Shown here: piece by piece, positions 55,158 through 64,000 of the stretch | How positions within the stretch are numbered: position 1 is the stretch's first letter | Layout of the letters: every line of letters starts with the position of its first letter | Assembly (NCBI GenBank): GCA_965215005.1 | Contig: CBDCCZ010000044.1 | Span: 64,001 to 128,000, forward strand | Reading direction: 5' to 3' | Length of the DNA stretch: 64,000 bases | Source: Kofleriaceae bacterium | Lineage (GTDB): Bacteria; Myxococcota_A; Polyangia; Haliangiales; Haliangiaceae | Translations under genes and position numbers: made by a program | The notes under the pieces: model-generated | The model's database searches: none | What the model was told of the DNA's origin: nothing | Seen by the model: only the letters and a program-made list of their open reading frames with translations

Positions 55158-57659
55158 TTACAAGTAGCCGCTGCGTTGCCGCAGTAGCCACTCGAGCCCG
55201 AGGAACAGCAGCGCCGCGAGGAGCAGCCCGGGGCGGCTCCAAAGCTCGACATCGGCGCGGCGATCGACGCGGACGATGCGTGGCGGTGCAAAGGGCAGGG
55301 ATGAAGGAAGTTCAGAGGCGGCGGCCAGGTGGGTGCCGCCGGTGCGGGCGGCGATTGCGGCGAGAGTGTCGTCGTAGGCATCGGGGCGATCGAGCTCGGC
55401 GCTGCCCTCGCGCACCATGAAGATGTCGGTGGCTTCGACCTCTTTACCAGCGACCGTGGCAGTCGCTCGCGCGCGATACACGCCCGGCTCCAAGCCGCCG
55501 AGGTCGACACTGCCGTCGCCGGCGTCGCCGGTTTTGACCGCGCGCTGCGTGACCTCCTCGAGCGCGTTCGGATCCGCGCCACGCCGCACCTCGATGGCGA
55601 CTTCGGCGCCGGCAAGCGGCGTGTACTCGCGATTGGTGAGGCGCACGTCTAGCCGCACCGGCGCCCCCGGCTCGTACTGCACAGCGTCGCTCTCGACGTG
55701 CAAGTAGCGCAGCTCTGGATCGTGAATCAGCCAGCGGATGGAGTTTTCCCAGAGCTTGTCGTAGGCGCGACCATCATCGCCGGGTTTGGCGGCGGCAACG
55801 AAGCCCCAGCGCCACAGCGAATCGGTGGTGACGACGAGCGAGCGACCCTGCCCGTATTCGCCCACTACCATGACCGGCAGCGGATTTTTTTTGCTCAGGC
55901 GCAGGCGAGGATGCACCGCGAGCACGGTGCTATCGGGTTTGGCGCTGGCAATGATGTTGGTGCCGCGCAGCGCTGGCAGCGCCGCCCACGCGGCCACGTT
56001 GTCGCGGCTGGCGAACCGCAGCGAGGTCACGGGATGGGCGCGCCCGGCTTCGGTGAGCTGCGGCGAAAACGGCTCCGTGTCCAGCAGCTGCTCGGGAGGC
56101 CGCCAGCTCTCGAGCAGCTCGACCGGTAGCGCCTGCGCCACCGGCGTGTCTGCGTAACCGCCGGAAGAAAACGAGCGGTCGCCACCCAACATGACCAAGC
56201 CACCACCGCCTTCGACGTAGCTGCGAATGTTCTCCAGGTACACGCCGATCCCGTAGGGGCCGTACTCGAAATTTTGCAGGACGATGAGATCGAAGGACGG
56301 CAGCTCTTCTTGGAACAGCTCGCGGGTCGGAAACGGTATCAGCGACATTTCATCGTTGGACACGGCGGTCACGTCATCGTGGGTGCGCAAGATGAAGAAC
56401 GAGATGAGATCGACATTGGGGTTTTGCTCGAGCATTCGGCGCAGCGCGCGGACATCCCACGACGGCGCGCCAGCGACTTGCAGCACGCGAATCTTGTCGC
56501 GGATGACGCGCAGCACGAAGAAGCGGCGATTGTTCTCACTCACCGCTTCGTCTTCGGCAACCGGCGTGGCGATCTCGTAGACGTACTTGCCAACCCGCGG
56601 CGGCGTGAGCTCGAAGACCACCTTGGCTTCGTGCACACCCGCTTCGAGCTCGATCCACTGCTGCCGCAGCGGCTTGCCATCGCTGGAGAGCGTCACCGGA
56701 ATTCGCCGCTTCGCGTAGCCGGTGGTTCGGACCACTGCCTCGAGCCGGACCACCGTGCGCACGAACGCAAACTCGTCGGCCATGACTTTGGCGATGGCAA
56801 CGTCTTTGAGGCCCTGCCGGCCGACCCAGACGGTGTGCACTTTGGCTTCGAGGGAAGCGAGAAAATCGCGCGATGCGCCGTCTTTGGCGCCCACCTCGAA
56901 ACCGCCGGTGCCGACGCCGTCGCTGATGAGCACCACGCCGGCCAAGTCGCGTCCTTCGTAGCGAGCGCGCACTTGTTCGAGTGCTTGGCGAATGAGAGTG
57001 GCCTTGCCGGTCGGCTCGCCGCGCGATGCACTGGCGAGCGACGAAGGCGTGAGCGCATCACTAAAGGTGTAAACGTCCAGGTGATGGCGCTTGCGCCAGG
57101 CGTCGAACGCCGGCGCCGAGGCATCGAGCAGCGTTCGCGCTCGCGCGGCGCGCGTTGGGCCATCGGCACTCTCTCCGAGTGCCATCGAGCGCGAGTCGTC
57201 GACGAGCAGCGCGATGCGGTTGGGCTCGCTCGCGACTTGCCGCAGCTCGACTGCCGGCTCGAGAAACAAAATGAGCGCCGTGAGAGCCGCGGCGCTGCGC
57301 AATCCCACCATCGCAGCACGACGCCATGGCGAGGCGATGCGCGCGGTGGTGCGCCACGCCAGCGCGATGATGAGCGCCACCGCGACGAGCCCGAGGCCAA
57401 CGCCGAGCCGCCCCCAAGGCGCGAGCAGTACCCAGCGATACTCATTGAAGTCGACCTGCTCCGGCGCCGCGGCCGACACCGCGAGGGCGATCAGCTGCTC
57501 GAGCACCAGCGCTCCCGCCGCCGCCGCCGCGGTTACCGCGCCGATGACCGCGAGTCCGGCGCGTCCACGGCGGCCGAGAAGCCACGCGAGCACGCCTGCG
57601 ATGATCGCAAGCGCAAATAGGCTCCCGCGCTCACCACCGGTAAAGATGTGGACGTTCAC
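55158..57659 (-). CDS. Membrane protein with VWA and glutamine-amidotransferase-like (DUF1355-type) domains
   Basis: N-terminal TMs, MIDAS DDSRSM, T, ISDG; GGGLVMLGG; C-terminal LEWLLR. Confidence 0.85.
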   Translation of the reverse strand: MNVHIFTGGERGSLFALAIIAGVLAWLLGRRGRAGLAVIGAVTAAAAAGALVLEQLIALAVSAAAPEQVDFNEYRWVLLAPWGRLGVGLGLVAVALIIALAWRTTARIASPWRRAAMVGLRSAAALTALILFLEPAVELRQVASEPNRIALLVDDSRSMALGESADGPTRAARARTLLDASAPAFDAWRKRHHLDVYTFSDALTPSSLASASRGEPTGKATLIRQALEQVRARYEGRDLAGVVLISDGVGTGGFEVGAKDGASRDFLASLEAKVHTVWVGRQGLKDVAIAKVMADEFAFVRTVVRLEAVVRTTGYAKRRIPVTLSSDGKPLRQQWIELEAGVHEAKVVFELTPPRVGKYVYEIATPVAEDEAVSENNRRFFVLRVIRDKIRVLQVAGAPSWDVRALRRMLEQNPNVDLISFFILRTHDDVTAVSNDEMSLIPFPTRELFQEELPSFDLIVLQNFEYGPYGIGVYLENIRSYVEGGGGLVMLGGDRSFSSGGYADTPVAQALPVELLESWRPPEQLLDTEPFSPQLTEAGRAHPVTSLRFASRDNVAAWAALPALRGTNIIASAKPDSTVLAVHPRLRLSKKNPLPVMVVGEYGQGRSLVVTTDSLWRWGFVAAAKPGDDGRAYDKLWENSIRWLIHDPELRYLHVESDAVQYEPGAPVRLDVRLTNREYTPLAGAEVAIEVRRGADPNALEEVTQRAVKTGDAGDGSVDLGGLEPGVYRARATATVAGKEVEATDIFMVREGSAELDRPDAYDDTLAAIAARTGGTHLAAASELPSSLPFAPPRIVRVDRRADVELWSRPGLLLAALLFLGLEWLLRQRSGYL

Positions 57660-58453
57660 GGAGTCTTGGGCTCGGCGCCGTCTTCGGGTCGCCAGCGGCG
57701 ACGGCGCATGATGAACGGAACGTGCACTTGGTCGGATTTATAGTCCAGGCACAGCGCGTACATGACGATGTTGATGCCCATCCGCTCGGCCATCTCACGC
57801 TGCGGCTCACCCCCGGGAACGCACTGAAACTCGTGGTTACCGAAGTTATCGCGCGCCCACGCTCCGCCGAGATCGTTTTGCACGTAAGCGATGACGAGCC
57901 GATCGTCGCGGGTGATTCCTTCCATCACCGGGCTCACCGCGACGCGGCCGACGGGACGATCCACTAAGTAGAACGACTTGTAGATCACGTGGTCGATGGC
58001 AACCAGAGCCAGACCTTCGCTCGGCGGCGGATACAGCGCCTCGATGAGCCGGCGTACTGATCTATCAAAGGCGCCGTTGGTAGTGCCTTCGGCCGAGTCG
58101 ATGAGTAGAAAGCCGCCAAAGGTGAGAAAGCGCCGCAGCGCCGCCACGGCCGGCTCGCTGGGAACGGCGAACTCACGATCGCCGGCGAGATACAAAAATG
58201 GCGTCTCGTGCAGGTCTGGATCGGTGAGACGCACCGTCTTGGGCTCGAGCTCCACCGCGATGGCGGTGCGCTTCTCGACCTCCCAGCCGAGTCGCCGCAA
58301 CGCCGAAGGTCGTGGATTCCAGCGCTCACCGAGAGCGAGGTGGCCGATGCGGAACTTGGAGGCTTCGCCGATCGCGTGAGAGGATCGCTGGCGCATGCCG
58401 AGCACACCGGCCACGCCAGCCGCAAAGATCCTGAGCACGTTGCGGCGATGCAT
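57656..58453 (-). CDS. DUF4159-family protein with Tat-like signal
   Basis: MHRRNVL, PFLYLAG, LRRFLTFGGFLLID, NDLGGAW, GINIVMYAL. Confidence 0.85.
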   Translation of the reverse strand: MHRRNVLRIFAAGVAGVLGMRQRSSHAIGEASKFRIGHLALGERWNPRPSALRRLGWEVEKRTAIAVELEPKTVRLTDPDLHETPFLYLAGDREFAVPSEPAVAALRRFLTFGGFLLIDSAEGTTNGAFDRSVRRLIEALYPPPSEGLALVAIDHVIYKSFYLVDRPVGRVAVSPVMEGITRDDRLVIAYVQNDLGGAWARDNFGNHEFQCVPGGEPQREMAERMGINIVMYALCLDYKSDQVHVPFIMRRRRWRPEDGAEPKTP

Positions 58454-58711
58454 TGCCGCAAAGGTAGCGGCTCGTCTCTGCTCTGGCCAGCGCCGCAACG
58501 GCGCAGGTGCATGGGGCGCGACATCTGCCGGAGCACGAGTACGCCGCCGCGGGTTTTCTGACCCAGAAATCCGCCGCCCCGATGCGGGGCAAGGGCGGCA
58601 GATTTCTGCTGCTCAGGCGCCGCGTTCGGCGTCTCCCCAAGCGATTGTTGTTTTTCGAGCGGTTCACGACTTCCGCCGTGAACCACGAGCTCCCACATAC
58701 GGCGCGGCGCG

Positions 58712-60340
58712 GTGACAGCAGGGGCGGCCCGCATCGCATCCCCAGGCCGCCCGTGTTCGACGCCTCCGGTGCCACTCGAGGAGCTCGAGGAGCTGGCGCG
58801 GCGGCTGGCACTGGAGCTGGATTTTCAGCTTCTGGTGGCCATTGCGGCGGAGATGGCGCAATGCGACTCGGGGGCGCCTGAGCTGTGCGGGCGGGTATAC
58901 GAGCAGCGGTTGGCGAGTCGACGGACGCAGCGACGCGCCATCGGCAGCTACTACACGCCGGCGTGGCTGGTGGAGCAAGTGCTCGCGCGGTGCATGGCCG
59001 CCGGTGATCGGGTGCTCGATCCGGCGTGCGGCGGTGGCGCGTTTCTTCTGGCTGCTTGGCGTCGCGGTGCCGCGTTGCTCGCTGGCATCGATGTCGATCC
59101 TGGCGCGGTAGCGGTGTGTCGGCTGGCCTTGGCTCTCGAAGGCGTTCCCGCGGCCGCGGTGCATCTCGAGGTGGCCGATGCGCTGCTTGCGCCGGCGCAC
59201 GTGCATGCTCCGTTCGACGCCGTGATCGGCAATCCACCGTGGGGGCAGAAAGGCTTTCGCTTTGCGCCATCGGTGGCGGCGGCGCTGCGACGGCGATATC
59301 GCACCGCGGGCGGCGTGCTCGATCCCTTTAAGCTGTTCGTCGAGCTCGCTCACGAGCGCACGCGCGCCAGCGGGCGCTGGGGCTTGGTGTTGCCCGACAT
59401 CGTGCTGTTGAAGAATCAAGCGCCGCTGCGCGCGTTGGTGCTCACGGAGACGTCTCTCGAGCACATCCTCGATTGCGGTCGCGTGTTCGCCAGCGTTCAG
59501 CTCGATGCGGTGGCGCTGATCGCGCGCAAGGGGCCGCCGTCAACGAGCCATCGAACGCGGATCTGGCGGCGCGAAGCAAGCTCGGAGAAGCTCACGGAGC
59601 GTGCGTCCATCGCACAGCGCGTGTTCTTTGAGCAGCCCGGTCACAAGCTCAATATTCACCTAACCGATGCGATCCTCGCGCGTCTGCGGCGATTGGCGCC
59701 GCTGCCGCGACTTGCATCGCGCTTCGAGATTCATGAAGGCGTGCACTCGGGCAACGTGCGCCACAAGCTGTTTGTCGCCGCTCCGGGGCCGCATCGCGTG
59801 CCGCTCATCATTGGTCGCGGTGAGCTCGCGCGGTATCGCTTGCGGTGGGCCGGCGGGTATCTGGATCGCTCGCCAGGACTCGTGGACAAAGTCGCCGGTG
59901 AGTACGCCAACCTCGGCCGGCGGCAATGGCATGAGCGCGCCAAAATCGTCGTTCGCCGCACCGGCGATCTGGTCATTGCGGCGCTGGATGAGCGCGGCGT
60001 GTACGTGAGTAACAACGCCTTCGTGGTGGTGCCGCGGCAATCGATGGAGACAGATGAGCTCCGCGCCTGGGTGGGGTATCTCAACAGCGCGCTCATAACG
60101 TGGTATTTCCGCGCCGTGCAGCCGCGCACGGGACGATTATTCGCCGAGCTCAAGATTGCCCAGCTCGGCGAGTTTCCCGTGCCCCAACCATGTGTGTGGC
60201 ATGCCCACCGGCAGCGCATCGCAGCGCTGGTGGCCGAGGTGGGGCACGGCCAGCGAGCTGAGCTCGCTGCGCTCGCGGAGCTAGATCGTTGCGTTGAGCG
60301 AATGCTGCTGGGCGAGAAGGCACCTGCGAGCGCGGTTTGA
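58712..60340 (+). CDS. Orphan N6-adenine DNA methyltransferase with TaqI-like C-terminal specificity domain
   Basis: GSYYTP, VLDPACGGGAFL, IGNPPW, KIVVRRTG, YLNS. Start may be GTG 58769. Confidence 0.88.
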   Translation: MTAGAARIASPGRPCSTPPVPLEELEELARRLALELDFQLLVAIAAEMAQCDSGAPELCGRVYEQRLASRRTQRRAIGSYYTPAWLVEQVLARCMAAGDRVLDPACGGGAFLLAAWRRGAALLAGIDVDPGAVAVCRLALALEGVPAAAVHLEVADALLAPAHVHAPFDAVIGNPPWGQKGFRFAPSVAAALRRRYRTAGGVLDPFKLFVELAHERTRASGRWGLVLPDIVLLKNQAPLRALVLTETSLEHILDCGRVFASVQLDAVALIARKGPPSTSHRTRIWRREASSEKLTERASIAQRVFFEQPGHKLNIHLTDAILARLRRLAPLPRLASRFEIHEGVHSGNVRHKLFVAAPGPHRVPLIIGRGELARYRLRWAGGYLDRSPGLVDKVAGEYANLGRRQWHERAKIVVRRTGDLVIAALDERGVYVSNNAFVVVPRQSMETDELRAWVGYLNSALITWYFRAVQPRTGRLFAELKIAQLGEFPVPQPCVWHAHRQRIAALVAEVGHGQRAELAALAELDRCVERMLLGEKAPASAV

Positions 60341-60353
60341 TAAGCTTGCCGGC

Positions 60354-61310
60354 GTGATATCCGGCAAGCGGGTTCTCATTACGGGGGGCGCCGGCTTCAT
60401 CGGCTCGCATCTGGCCGAGCGGCTGGTTAAAGACAACCACGTCGTCATCTACGACAACTACCGGCGCGATGCGTTCACCGGTCTGGGGCTCGATTCTCAT
60501 CCGCGAGTAACCGTCATCCGCGGTGACGTGCTCGACCTCGATGGCGTGCGCGAAGCAATGCGCGGTTGCGACTGCGTCATCCACATGGCGTCCATCGCCG
60601 GCGTCGACACCGTCATGAAGAACCCGGTGCTCACCATGCGAGTGGCGATGACCGGCACCCAAAACGTGCTCGAGGCGGCGCATTCGCAGGGCGCGATGCA
60701 TCGCTTCATCGACTTCTCTACGAGTGAGGTCTTCGGGCGCTTTGCCTACCAAGTGACTGAGTTCGACGCCACCACCCTCGGCGCCGTGGGCGAAGCCCGC
60801 TGGACCTATGCGGTGGCCAAGCTGGCGACCGAACACCTGGCGATGAACTATCATAAGGAGCTGGCGCTGCCGACGTGCAGCATTCGGCCTTTCAATATCT
60901 ATGGGCCACGCCAGGTGGGCGAGGGCGCGATTCACCACTTCATACGCCGTGCGCTCACCGGTGAGCCGCTGGTGGTGCACAACGATGGCGCGCAGATTCG
61001 CGCGTGGTGCTATATCGACGACATCGTCGAGGCGATCCTCTTGTGCCTCGAGCGCGATAGCGCCGTGGGACACGCCTTCAATATCGGCAATCCGCGGTCG
61101 ACGGTCACCATCTACAACCTCGCGCGGGAGATCGTTCGCCTGTCTTCTTCTTCATCGCCGATTCAATTCAAGGAATGGCCGCACGCCGACGTGAACATCC
61201 GGGTTCCCTCGGTGGACAAGGCTCGCGAGCTGCTGGGATATCGCGCGCAGATTGATCTCGAAGAAGGTCTGCTCCGCACCATCCAGTGGTATCGCCGCAA
61301 TCAGGGGTGA
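60354..61310 (+). CDS. NAD-dependent nucleotide-sugar epimerase/dehydratase/decarboxylase
   Basis: ITGGAGFIGSH, STSEVFG, YAVAK, RPFNIYGP. Confidence 0.93.
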   Translation: MISGKRVLITGGAGFIGSHLAERLVKDNHVVIYDNYRRDAFTGLGLDSHPRVTVIRGDVLDLDGVREAMRGCDCVIHMASIAGVDTVMKNPVLTMRVAMTGTQNVLEAAHSQGAMHRFIDFSTSEVFGRFAYQVTEFDATTLGAVGEARWTYAVAKLATEHLAMNYHKELALPTCSIRPFNIYGPRQVGEGAIHHFIRRALTGEPLVVHNDGAQIRAWCYIDDIVEAILLCLERDSAVGHAFNIGNPRSTVTIYNLAREIVRLSSSSSPIQFKEWPHADVNIRVPSVDKARELLGYRAQIDLEEGLLRTIQWYRRNQG

Positions 61311-61314
61311 GGGT

Positions 61315-62415
61315 ATGCGCATTCCTCTGGCACGACCCTCCGTGAGTGAGGCAGACATTGCTGCCACCGAGCGGGTGCTGCGCTCGGGACAGCTGGTGCT
61401 CGGCGCCGAAAACGAGCGCTTCGAGCGCGCTTTGGCCGAGGCAACCTCGCGCACCCACGCGATCGCTTGCACCTCCGGAACCGCGGCGCTCGAGCTGGCG
61501 CTATGGGCACTGGGAATTGGCCCCGGCGATGAAGTGATCGTCCCCGCGGCCGGATTTCCAGCCGCGCCCAACGCGGTGTTGCGTCTGGGCGCCACTCCGG
61601 TGGCCGTCGACGTCGAGGCTGGCAGCTGGAATCTCGACTTCGAGAAGGCGTACGCCGCGGTCGGCGAACGCACCCGCGCCGCGGTTTCGATCGATCTCTT
61701 CGGCTTGGTACACGATAGCGCCGCCGCCGAGCGCTTCGCCAGCGCCGCACGCATCGCCCTCGTCGACGATGCTGCCTGTTCGCTCGGCGCCAGTGATGCC
61801 GACGGCGCGGTCGGTGGCAGCTACGGCGCCATCGGCACGCTGTCGTTTCATCCGCGCAAGGTGATCAGTACCGGCGAAGGCGGCGCAATCGTCTGCGACG
61901 ACGACGAGCTCGCGACCATCTTGCGCGAGCTGCGCAACCACGGCCAAGCAGGACGTGGACGCTTTGCCCGTCCCGGCACCAACGTGCGCTTGCCTGAGAC
62001 CGCCGCGGCCATGGGCTGCGCGCAGCTCGAGCGCCTCGGCGGTATGATTTCCGAGCGACGACTGCTCGCCGATGGCTACTGCGAACGCCTGGCGCCGCTG
62101 CGCAACGGCAATGTTCTCCAGTGGCAGCTGGCGCCCGAGGGCGCGGAGCACTGCTATCAGACGTTTGCCGTGCGCTTGGAGGAAGGCATCGACCGCGCCG
62201 CGGTGATCGCCAGGCTCAGCGAGCGGGATATCGAGGCGGGCGTTGCCACCTATTCCATGACTCGACTGCCCACTCTGGCCGAGTTGCCCAAGGTCACGCC
62301 GTGCAGCAACGCCGAGTTGCTTCACGATCAAGGCCTGGCCTTGCCGCTCTATGTCGGCATGCGCTCGACTGAGCTCGATCGCGTGTGCGAGGCGCTGCGC
62401 GAGGTGCTGCGATGA
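61315..62415 (+). CDS. DegT/DnrJ/EryC1/StrS aminotransferase
   Basis: SGTAALE, GPGDEVIVP, DDAACSLG, PLP lysine in SFHPRK, TGEGG. Confidence 0.94.
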   Translation: MRIPLARPSVSEADIAATERVLRSGQLVLGAENERFERALAEATSRTHAIACTSGTAALELALWALGIGPGDEVIVPAAGFPAAPNAVLRLGATPVAVDVEAGSWNLDFEKAYAAVGERTRAAVSIDLFGLVHDSAAAERFASAARIALVDDAACSLGASDADGAVGGSYGAIGTLSFHPRKVISTGEGGAIVCDDDELATILRELRNHGQAGRGRFARPGTNVRLPETAAAMGCAQLERLGGMISERRLLADGYCERLAPLRNGNVLQWQLAPEGAEHCYQTFAVRLEEGIDRAAVIARLSERDIEAGVATYSMTRLPTLAELPKVTPCSNAELLHDQGLALPLYVGMRSTELDRVCEALREVLR

Positions 62416-63398
62416 CGTGCGCCATCGAGGTTGAAAATCTGGCCAAGATATACCGCGCGCCGTTCTCGCGGCGCCGCGTGGAAGCGGTGCGCGGGGTAAC
62501 ACTCACGATCGAAGCGGGCGAGGTCTTTGGCTTCTTGGGCCCCAACGGCGCCGGCAAGACGTCGACCATTCGCATGTTGATGGGCTTGATTCGACCCAGC
62601 AGCGGGCTCGCGCGCATCTTTGGGCATCGGATTCCGAGTCGAGAGGCACGCGCTCGCGTCGGGTTCTTGCCCGAGTCGCCGTACTTCTATACCTACCTAA
62701 CGGTGGCGGAGCTGCTGGATCTGACCGGCCGGCTCTTTGGCCAAGGGCGCAGTGAGCGGCGCAAACGCGCCAATGAGCTCATCGAGCTGGTGGGCCTTTC
62801 GCATGCGCGCTCGACAGCGCTGCGCAAGTACTCCAAAGGGATGCTGCAGCGTGCCGGTATCGCGCAAGCGCTCATGAACGATCCTGACTTGGTGGTGTTC
62901 GATGAGCCGATGAGCGGGCTCGATCCGGTGGGCAGACGCGACGTCCGCGACATCATCTATCGGCTCCGCGATGCCAAAAAAACCGTGTTCTTCTCCTCGC
63001 ACATCCTGGCTGATGTCGAGTCGGTGAGCGACCGTGTGGCCATCGTCGTTCGCGGCCAGGTCAAGGAGCTCGGCAGCGTTGCCGAGCTGGTAGGCAAGGA
63101 GCGAGTGGGCACTGAGCTGGTGCTGCACGTCGGCGCTGGCGAAGCCGCCCGAATCGCCAGCGAGCTCAGCGCACTGGGCACCACGCGCCACGTCGAGGGC
63201 ACCATTACCGCCACGCTTCCCGCCACTGGCGACGTCGATGCGTTTCTCGTGCGCGCCCGTGAGCTCGGGGCTCGGGTGCACGCGGTGACGCCCAAGCATC
63301 AAACCCTCGAAGACCGCTTCATCGCGCTCGCCCGCGGCGCCGACTCCCATCCGGGCAACCGAGAACGCCATGAGGTCAGCATCGAGGCGCAGCCATGA
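62412..63398 (+). CDS. ABC transporter ATP-binding protein (PilH-like)
   Basis: GPNGAGKT, YSKGMLQR, DEPMSGLDP, SSH. Confidence 0.93.
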   Translation: MTCAIEVENLAKIYRAPFSRRRVEAVRGVTLTIEAGEVFGFLGPNGAGKTSTIRMLMGLIRPSSGLARIFGHRIPSREARARVGFLPESPYFYTYLTVAELLDLTGRLFGQGRSERRKRANELIELVGLSHARSTALRKYSKGMLQRAGIAQALMNDPDLVVFDEPMSGLDPVGRRDVRDIIYRLRDAKKTVFFSSHILADVESVSDRVAIVVRGQVKELGSVAELVGKERVGTELVLHVGAGEAARIASELSALGTTRHVEGTITATLPATGDVDAFLVRARELGARVHAVTPKHQTLEDRFIALARGADSHPGNRERHEVSIEAQP

Positions 63399-64000
63399 TC
63401 GGTCGCATCATCGCCATCGCGCTCAATACCTTTCGCGAAGCGGTACGCAATCGTGTGGTTCACGCGGTGGTCGTGGTTGCCCTTGCGTTGATGATGGCCG
63501 CCATCGTCATCGGCGAGATGTCGCTGCACGAGGAAGCGCGCGTCGCACGCGACCTGGGTCTGTTCGTGCTGTCGCTGTTTGGCATCCTCACCGCGATCAT
63601 CCTCGGCTCCATGCTGCTCTATACCGAGATCGCCCGGCGCACGATTCACACTATTTTGGCCAAACCTCTCGAGCGTTGGGAATTCGTCGCCGGCAAGTAC
63701 GCAGGCATGGCCCTCACGCTGCTGTTCATCGTTGGCGTCTTCACCGGCTGCATGATCGTCTTGTTATGGCTGCAAGACGTTCCCTTCACCGCCGCATTGG
63801 CCAAAGCGGTGGTTCTTGCCTACTTGGAAATCCTCGTCATCGCTGCAGTGGCGGTGTTCTTTTCGTCGTTTTCTAGTCCAGTGTTGTCCGGACTGTTTAC
63901 CTTCGGCGTGTTCATCGTCGGTCGTCTCACCGCCGAGATGCGCCTCATCCTCGAGCAGAGCAAAGACGTTGGAATCGAGAATGCACTGCGGGCAACGCTA
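63395..64000 (+). CDS. ABC-2 permease (PilI-like), truncated by the window end
   Basis: My translation: MIGRIIAIALNTFREAVRNR...EIARRTIHTILAKPLERWEFVAGKY; ATGA overlap with the ATPase; absent from the ORF track. Confidence 0.88.
   Translation, partial: MIGRIIAIALNTFREAVRNRVVHAVVVVALALMMAAIVIGEMSLHEEARVARDLGLFVLSLFGILTAIILGSMLLYTEIARRTIHTILAKPLERWEFVAGKYAGMALTLLFIVGVFTGCMIVLLWLQDVPFTAALAKAVVLAYLEILVIAAVAVFFSSFSSPVLSGLFTFGVFIVGRLTAEMRLILEQSKDVGIENALRATL

Overview
GC-rich bacterial chromosomal DNA, very likely from a myxobacterium (inferred from the FHA-sigma54 activator, giant TPR protein, STAS-zinc-ribbon proteins and PilH/PilI-like ABC pair). It is densely coding, and I see no rRNA, tRNA, CRISPR array or transposase. 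Recognisable genes: ligA, a CocE/NonD hydrolase with an ATP-grasp enzyme, a sigma54-driven secreted-protein operon, boxR-boxC-boxB (aerobic benzoyl-CoA pathway, no boxA), ppa, an HD hydrolase, fdhD, queF, acr3-arsC, an orphan N6-adenine methyltransferase, and sugar epimerase/aminotransferase/ABC genes. Two things stand out. (1) A ~17 kb signalling locus (33824-50814) that looks like a partner-switching system without a sigma factor: RsbW-like kinase, ~2060-aa TPR protein, two paralogous STAS-zinc-ribbon proteins (one tail-anchored), HAMP-SpoIIE phosphatase, secreted TPR and PhnD-like binding proteins, a Cys-rich PAS histidine kinase with receiver, and a stand-alone copy of that kinase's PAS/coiled-coil input region. 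(2) A ~350-nt highly structured intergenic RNA candidate (about 27128-27480) with a strong-SD 15-codon ORF and its own terminator, which matches no RNA family I recognise. All calls come from reading motifs by eye; no database searches were run. Several start codons were moved from those in the supplied ORF track.
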